Virus record (IMG/VR): IMGVR_UViG_3300005613_000005
Location: 155,213-176,243 of that record
Origin: a virus
Lineage: Duplodnaviria > Heunggongvirae > Uroviricota > Caudoviricetes
DNA length: 21,031 nt
Reading direction: 5' to 3' (one strand)
Notes under the pieces: model-generated
What the model saw: only the letters and a program-made list of their open reading frames with translations
Database searches by the model: none
What the model was told of the DNA's origin: nothing
Shown here: piece after piece, positions 15,941 to 21,031 of the stretch
How positions within the stretch are numbered: position 1 is the first letter of the stretch
How the letters are laid out: the number at the start of each line of letters is the position of its first letter
Translations under genes and position numbers: made by a program

Positions 15941-16118
15941 GAGTATGATAAACCTGCCAGGAAGGAAGATAAAGAGCATCCCTCACAGTAAAATACTCAG
16001 AGATATGAGCATAAGGATTTCCCCAATCAACTTGTAGAGTAGGGTTTTCTTCTTGGTTAGCCTTTTTAGAGACAAAAAATGAGGAAATTAATTGTAACAA
16101 AAAGTTAAGTAATTTCAT
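15858..16118 (-). pseudogene. Truncated peptidase M15-like (cell-wall hydrolase) N-terminal fragment
   Basis: ISEYFTVRDAL...SEKEKANILKLAKKLDLL..KFGK resembles the M15A N-terminus but stops (TAG) before the SGYR/SxH catalytic motifs. Confidence 0.55.
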
Positions 16119-16122
16119 AGAG

Positions 16123-16749
16123 TTATTTTTTCCCATGTAAGGTAATAATAGTTACTACATCTACAGCACTGCCGTCATAGTTAGTGGTAATCCATTGAAT
16201 ATTTCCTGTAGATTTATTATATTCAGAATTACATGCACATTGCCTCATTCTTGAGCTAGAATTTCCAATAATGGAAGGGGAAACATAATTACTAGAATCA
16301 TTTAAAAAAGCTATTGAATCTATTGTCATGCTATAAGCTCCAGTTCCGGTTCTACTATTAGCAGTAACTAAATTTTCAGGATCTTGTAACATATCCCCAT
16401 TTGAATTCATTTTGAAAATTAAAGTTCTCATTGGATCTCCTAATAAAACCCAATCAGTTCCATCACATCTAAATTTTAGACTTTCAAATCTTCTAATTAT
16501 ATAAATACTTGAATTTACTCCCCTTATATCCTCAGCTCCATTAGGTGCAATCTCAACAAACTTAGTGCCTGAATCCACTTTCACTATTTCAAACTCAACC
16601 CCACTATTAACACTTGGATCAGGCAAAGTCACCACAACATTAGCTACTGAACCTGTAGTAACTAAGATTTTTTCTACTACTAAGGTCCCATTTAAAGCAG
16701 TATTGCTGGAAATCTCTAAAACAGAAGGTTTATCTTTAATTCTTGGCAT
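16123..16749 (-). CDS. Putative tail-fibre-associated structural protein
   Basis: VTLPDP..FEIVKVDSG...FESLKFRCDGTDW motif typical of virion appendage proteins; C-terminal RTGTGAYS beta domain. Confidence 0.65.
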   Translation of the reverse strand: MPRIKDKPSVLEISSNTALNGTLVVEKILVTTGSVANVVVTLPDPSVNSGVEFEIVKVDSGTKFVEIAPNGAEDIRGVNSSIYIIRRFESLKFRCDGTDWVLLGDPMRTLIFKMNSNGDMLQDPENLVTANSRTGTGAYSMTIDSIAFLNDSSNYVSPSIIGNSSSRMRQCACNSEYNKSTGNIQWITTNYDGSAVDVVTIITLHGKK

Positions 16750-17160
16750 TTAAGCCTCCTCTTTTACATACTCAGGTTTTTCAGGCCACTCAAAACTAAA
16801 AGGATTGAAATTTTCACCATTTAATAAATCCCTGAGCTCTTGTCTATAAATTATAAAGGCATCTTTGCAAGCTTGAGAAGCATCAGAATCAGGCAGTACT
16901 ATGAAATCACAGGCTTTTAAAAGGTCATTTCTTTCTTTTCTTACTGCTTCCTTTTTAATTTCAAGCACTTCTACCTGCTGCTTGAGAACCTCAGGAGTCA
17001 TATCAGTAAGGATATCAATAAGTTCTTGTGATAGATCTTCTTCATCAGCTTGTAGAGATAAAGATTTTTCAGAGGTTGAGCATTGGTATCCCAGTGAAAG
17101 TAAATATTCAGCCAATAAAATTCTATCTTCTATGTTTATGATTTGATTAACTATTCTCAT
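16750..17160 (-). CDS. Phage tail (fibre) assembly chaperone
   Basis: RKERNDLLKACDFIVLPD...YRQELRDL...FEWPEKP signature. Confidence 0.85.
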   Translation of the reverse strand: MRIVNQIINIEDRILLAEYLLSLGYQCSTSEKSLSLQADEEDLSQELIDILTDMTPEVLKQQVEVLEIKKEAVRKERNDLLKACDFIVLPDSDASQACKDAFIIYRQELRDLLNGENFNPFSFEWPEKPEYVKEEA

Positions 17161-19864
17161 TTTTTACTCCTGGTAGTTCTTGTGCGCTTAAAGACACTCT
17201 TGCTGCATAGTTTGTATAAGTTCCAGATGCCACTTTTAAATATATTGTTACAGTATGTAGCCCTGCTGCTATATTATGTATTTCATTTAGAGAAAATCCA
17301 ATATATTGATTACCTGTATCTCCTTGTTTAATAGCAGATGCTACCCCAACCTCAATTCCATCTATAAAAATTACTGCCCAAGAAATTTGATTTGCTCCAT
17401 TATTACTTCCTATCATTTTAGCATCTATCTTTAATGGATTTCCTGATGTTTTTATATTTACAGTTAAATCAGGAAGCGGAATCAAACTAGTACTGGTGGT
17501 AGTGAAATAAGAATTTATTCCTCTTGCCTGTGCAAAATTAACAACATTCTCCTCACTCTCCAAAGGCTTAACCCTTCTAATATCTAAGGATTCTCCTGCA
17601 TTAGCTGTGCATATCTGCTGAAGTGCTCCTACCGGAGATGTTAAGGTAGCTGAGCCTCCTATTACTCCTAGAGCAGCTATGTGTATTAAATAATCACTTG
17701 ATAATCCATTATGTGTATTATCCTGAGTTATTTTTAATTTATGCCATCCTAAAGTAAGTCCTGTTACTCCAAGCTTATATGCTCCAATACTTGATGCATT
17801 ATATAAGTCAAATCTTCCTGTAGCTGCTGTAAATCTTTGTTCAGATTCATGCACATTAAAACTTGAAAAATTAGTTGATCCATCAATTTCAAGTTCAGGA
17901 GTACCTTGGTTGCTATTACAATTCATTACTAACTCAAAACCTGTTCCATAAAACCATGTTTCAGCAATAGCATCAGTAGTATCATATTTTCCTTCTAGCC
18001 TATCCCAATATGTATAAACTGTTGCGCCAGCCAATCCCCAAGCAGTACTACTATCAGTTAACTTCCATCCTCTGGTAGGGCCGTAATAATTAACACCTTT
18101 GGATAAATCATCTAATTCAGTTCCAGAGTTAAACACATAATCAGCAGTGAAATCTCTGCGAGCTATTAGATTGCCTGTATCTACTGAAGAAATGGCTGAT
18201 GGATCTGAAGGGATGTATTCTATGAATTTTGCTATGTGAGGAGTATTTTGTACTGCTGTTGATGACATTTGATGAATATTAAGTATATGAGTACCCATAG
18301 GAAGTCCACTACAAAGTTTTATTGTTTTATACTCGGCTGTAGCACCGCTGGTATAATCATAAACCTTAACTCCATCAATATAAAAATCTGCATCAGATGT
18401 TTGGTTATCTTTATTTATTACTATATCAAGCCCGGTTCCATTAAATATATAAACTCCTCTATTTGATGTACCATCATCAACTGTCATGACTTCTTGAGTA
18501 CTTAACTGGTTATTTGGGGTAACAATTATTCCATCATTTGACCATAAAGAAGAAATACCATCATCCATAAGAAAGGAATGAGCGCCAGCAATAGAAGAAT
18601 ACTGCCAATCACCACTATCCCCTGCTCCAAAAGCTCTGGGATGAATGCTTCTTGAAACTTGCTCATCTGAGTGATCTACTGCAGTATCACACTTCCCATA
18701 TAAAGTTACACTTTCACCTGAAGCAAAGTTATGATTAGCTCCAGCCTGAGTAGTCCTACTGGCAGAAGCAGTCATGGTCATCAAAGTTCCACTATCAATT
18801 GAAGTTACTCTAAAAATCTCTGAGATAGTATATCCAAGAGAATCATCATCAACTAACACTAGATCATCTACTGCAAAATCAGCTGTAGAAGCTACCTGCA
18901 TCTGAGTAGCTCCAAAGTTGAAATTAGCAGTTAGAGTAGTAGAAGCTGTTTCAGGTTCTGAAGATGCCCACTTTCTGAGATTATCAGCCTCATCTATGTA
19001 TCTATATGAAATTCCACCCATTCCATTAGAAAGAGTAGGATCAGATACACTTTGTTGAGCAAAGGATTCCTCTTTGGTTCCAAGATAAACAGAGCCAGCC
19101 TGCTCTTGTGGAGAGGAGCATATTAGGTCAAAACCGAAAATATACATAGCATAGCTTGATCCAGAATCCCCACTCACAATTTTTACAGTATGTAAATCTA
19201 ATCCTGCCATAGCAGTGGAGATAGAGTCATCACTTATAGGGACTAAAGATCTAATATTGAGTTCATTTAATACATCTGATCCTTCAAAGCTCAAATTTGT
19301 ACCAGTGTCTACTCCATCAACTATTACATCTATATCATCAGGATGCGCGGATTTAACGCTAGTGTAAATACATAAATCATCCATTATCCCGGTAACTAAA
19401 ACGTAATCCCTATCTTGTGTAGCAGAGACACATGGGCCGGCTTTCGCAGTTACTAGGTTTTGCCAACCTGTCCCAACAAACCTAACCTGATCTCTAAATC
19501 CTTTAGGTCCAACTCCTGCTGCTATTTTCCACACAGGGAGGTCATCTCCCATATTCTCATCAGTTAATTCAATGCTATAAACCTCAATCCTGGTTCTACC
19601 AGCTCTATATCTGAGGTCTGAGAATTTAAGTCCTCTGGGATTTGTGTTAGAGTTATCAGTTAAGGAAGTATTGGCAGAAGCAGCTTTGATGTGATTAAAT
19701 TTGATAGGGAGGGCATCTTGTGAAAGCTTATCCTCATTTACTATGTCATCTTGAAGCATATCTTGAGTGATGCTGTTGTTATTTGGTAAGCCTATGAATT
19801 TCTTGGAGGATTGAGTATAAGTCTTTGTACGGCCACCTTTATTTGATTTTTTAATATCAGCCAT
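17147..19864 (-). CDS. Large beta-rich tail fibre / receptor-binding-like protein
   Basis: 905 aa, S/T/G/D-rich, with repeated F.GTG..V...IDG...GL..G.H.(L/V).I beta-sandwich motifs; followed by a chaperone gene. Confidence 0.7.
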   Translation of the reverse strand: MADIKKSNKGGRTKTYTQSSKKFIGLPNNNSITQDMLQDDIVNEDKLSQDALPIKFNHIKAASANTSLTDNSNTNPRGLKFSDLRYRAGRTRIEVYSIELTDENMGDDLPVWKIAAGVGPKGFRDQVRFVGTGWQNLVTAKAGPCVSATQDRDYVLVTGIMDDLCIYTSVKSAHPDDIDVIVDGVDTGTNLSFEGSDVLNELNIRSLVPISDDSISTAMAGLDLHTVKIVSGDSGSSYAMYIFGFDLICSSPQEQAGSVYLGTKEESFAQQSVSDPTLSNGMGGISYRYIDEADNLRKWASSEPETASTTLTANFNFGATQMQVASTADFAVDDLVLVDDDSLGYTISEIFRVTSIDSGTLMTMTASASRTTQAGANHNFASGESVTLYGKCDTAVDHSDEQVSRSIHPRAFGAGDSGDWQYSSIAGAHSFLMDDGISSLWSNDGIIVTPNNQLSTQEVMTVDDGTSNRGVYIFNGTGLDIVINKDNQTSDADFYIDGVKVYDYTSGATAEYKTIKLCSGLPMGTHILNIHQMSSTAVQNTPHIAKFIEYIPSDPSAISSVDTGNLIARRDFTADYVFNSGTELDDLSKGVNYYGPTRGWKLTDSSTAWGLAGATVYTYWDRLEGKYDTTDAIAETWFYGTGFELVMNCNSNQGTPELEIDGSTNFSSFNVHESEQRFTAATGRFDLYNASSIGAYKLGVTGLTLGWHKLKITQDNTHNGLSSDYLIHIAALGVIGGSATLTSPVGALQQICTANAGESLDIRRVKPLESEENVVNFAQARGINSYFTTTSTSLIPLPDLTVNIKTSGNPLKIDAKMIGSNNGANQISWAVIFIDGIEVGVASAIKQGDTGNQYIGFSLNEIHNIAAGLHTVTIYLKVASGTYTNYAARVSLSAQELPGVKNENS

Positions 19865-19876
19865 GTTTGCTCCTTT

Positions 19877-20551
19877 TTATTTGATTCGCATTACCATTTT
19901 TACGAATCTTGTATGGGGATGGGTGCGAGAGCCTGTGCGGGCACCGCCTTCTGCTAATGATTGCGCTGAATCAAAGTTGATAGACCTATACACGCCTCCC
20001 GCCACACTACTTTCTTGATATCTGTTAGTTTCACTACCCTGACCTACTAGCGCACCTGTGGCGGTTTGAAACAAGTTTCTATTCAGAGCTGAAGTAGTAT
20101 CTCCAGTAATTTGTTGCATCTCATCAGCAACACTTCCCCCACTACCTCCACCTAAATAAACACCGTCATTGGTAAAAGTTGTGTCTGCAATTACTCCATT
20201 AGCTGCTGTATCAGCTATCGTTACTGTGTTTCCAGTTATATCAATTATTTTAGGAGGTAGTCCATTAACATTGGTAATACCTGTTCCTGTAACACTATCT
20301 CCTACGTTTAGCGCATTGATATCGGCATCAACAATTGTAGCATATGCACCGCCTACATCAGCCGTCCAGGTGACAGAAAAAGAAACATTGGCGCCATTAA
20401 GATTATACAATCTAATTCCATTATAAGGAGAAGCCGCATCATTGACCGCAGAACCATCACATTCTTTCCAATGGTCACTTATAGTCGGAGTCCCAGTCAT
20501 TGTGCTTATTTGTTTTATTTCCCCAATTAACGTATTGTCTACTTTTGGCAT
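19877..20551 (-). CDS. Tail-collar-domain fibre protein
   Basis: IGEIK...WKECDGSAV...YNLNG...GVYLGG...DEMQQITG...FDSA...RTGSRTHPHTRFVKMVMRIK follows the collar-to-C-terminus pattern of short tail fibres. Confidence 0.75.
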   Translation of the reverse strand: MPKVDNTLIGEIKQISTMTGTPTISDHWKECDGSAVNDAASPYNGIRLYNLNGANVSFSVTWTADVGGAYATIVDADINALNVGDSVTGTGITNVNGLPPKIIDITGNTVTIADTAANGVIADTTFTNDGVYLGGGSGGSVADEMQQITGDTTSALNRNLFQTATGALVGQGSETNRYQESSVAGGVYRSINFDSAQSLAEGGARTGSRTHPHTRFVKMVMRIK

Positions 20552-20562
20552 TTTAGTTTCTC

Positions 20563-20850
20563 CTATTTTAAACCAATTGCAATTAATTGAAAATCCGCAT
20601 CTTTTCTAGCTGCAGCGGCACCATCATTTAAGCGTACTCGTATTAAGGCTGTAGAAGTTGTACCACTTAATGTTACATTTCCAGAATCTATTTTTATAAT
20701 TTCTATAATTCTATCTGGAAACGTAGCATTATCAGGTAAAGTTATTTCTACATTTGCTACTGATCCTGTTGTAACTTCTGCAAGAGAAACAAATTTCTGA
20801 ATTGTATAATTTATAGAAGTTTGTATTATTAATGGTTTTATCAAAGGCAT
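20563..20850 (-). CDS. Short paralogue of 16123-16749, apparently internally deleted
   Basis: Shares VTTGSVANV..TLPD and EI.K.DSG; ends in TAG. Confidence 0.65.
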   Translation of the reverse strand: MPLIKPLIIQTSINYTIQKFVSLAEVTTGSVANVEITLPDNATFPDRIIEIIKIDSGNVTLSGTTSTALIRVRLNDGAAAARKDADFQLIAIGLK

Positions 20851-20876
20851 TTATTTACTCCTTATTAGATTCAAGT

Positions 20877-21031
20877 TTAGGCGTCTCCTATGCGCTTGAT
20901 TTCAATTTGTGAATATACTTCATTAACTGAAAAACTTGAAGCAACTCCAAAACCAGTCGTTGCTTTAGTAGATGAACAATAATGTTGTAACTCGAAAGTT
21001 TTAGATGCAGTAATATTTAAAACTCCCATAG
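20877..21031 (-). CDS. C-terminus of a structural/tail-fibre-like protein (partial)
   Basis: Not in the ORF track. Open frame from the window edge reads GVLNITASKTFELQHYCSSTKATTGFGVASSFSVNEVYSQIEIKRIGDA*. Confidence 0.65.
   Translation of the reverse strand, partial: MGVLNITASKTFELQHYCSSTKATTGFGVASSFSVNEVYSQIEIKRIGDA

Noticed and set aside
133-20426. Antisense and nested ORFs in the track (for example 1420-1731, 2413-2844, 6939-7237, 12322-13077, 16901-17146, 20169-20426)
   Set aside because: They are shadows of well-supported genes or of the tRNA, with no motifs of their own.
1-21031. Genome-wide TAG reassignment (code 15)
   Set aside because: Recognisable genes are full length under code 11 and TAG ends genes at sensible positions; only the leader has a meaningful in-frame TAG. 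Recoding elsewhere in the genome is not excluded.
15500-21031. Diversity-generating retroelement or invertible tail cassette
   Set aside because: No reverse transcriptase or invertase, and no TR/VR pair with adenine-specific mismatches was seen.
1-21031. CRISPR array
   Set aside because: No regularly spaced repeats; the repeats found are two-copy only.

Overview
Fragment of a large dsDNA tailed-phage genome, read in standard code 11. The left arm (1-11456, minus strand) carries a phage GroEL-like chaperonin, a degenerate N4/N6 DNA-methyltransferase homologue, three probable paralogous hypothetical genes, dUTPase, a GatB/YqeY protein, a DenV-like glycosylase, an amber-suppressor tRNA(CUA), a Pth2-like peptidyl-tRNA hydrolase, a T7-lysozyme-like amidase and an SF2 helicase. 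A divergent plus-strand replication operon (11570-15446) encodes a DnaB-like helicase and a TOPRIM primase. A converging, compositionally distinct (AT-rich, CpG-poor) tail-fibre/structural module runs from about 15500 to 21031. Three free-standing HNH endonucleases are interspersed. The most striking element is at 8242-8335: a leaderless mini-ORF, ATG ACG TAG AAA TTT AAA CCA CCT TAA (M-T-amber-K-F-K-P-P-ochre), abuts a hairpin that sequesters the Shine-Dalgarno of an operon encoding an unknown protein and Pth2, with the amber-suppressor tRNA just downstream. It looks like an amber-readthrough-sensing translational switch. All product calls come from motif recognition by eye; no searches were run.
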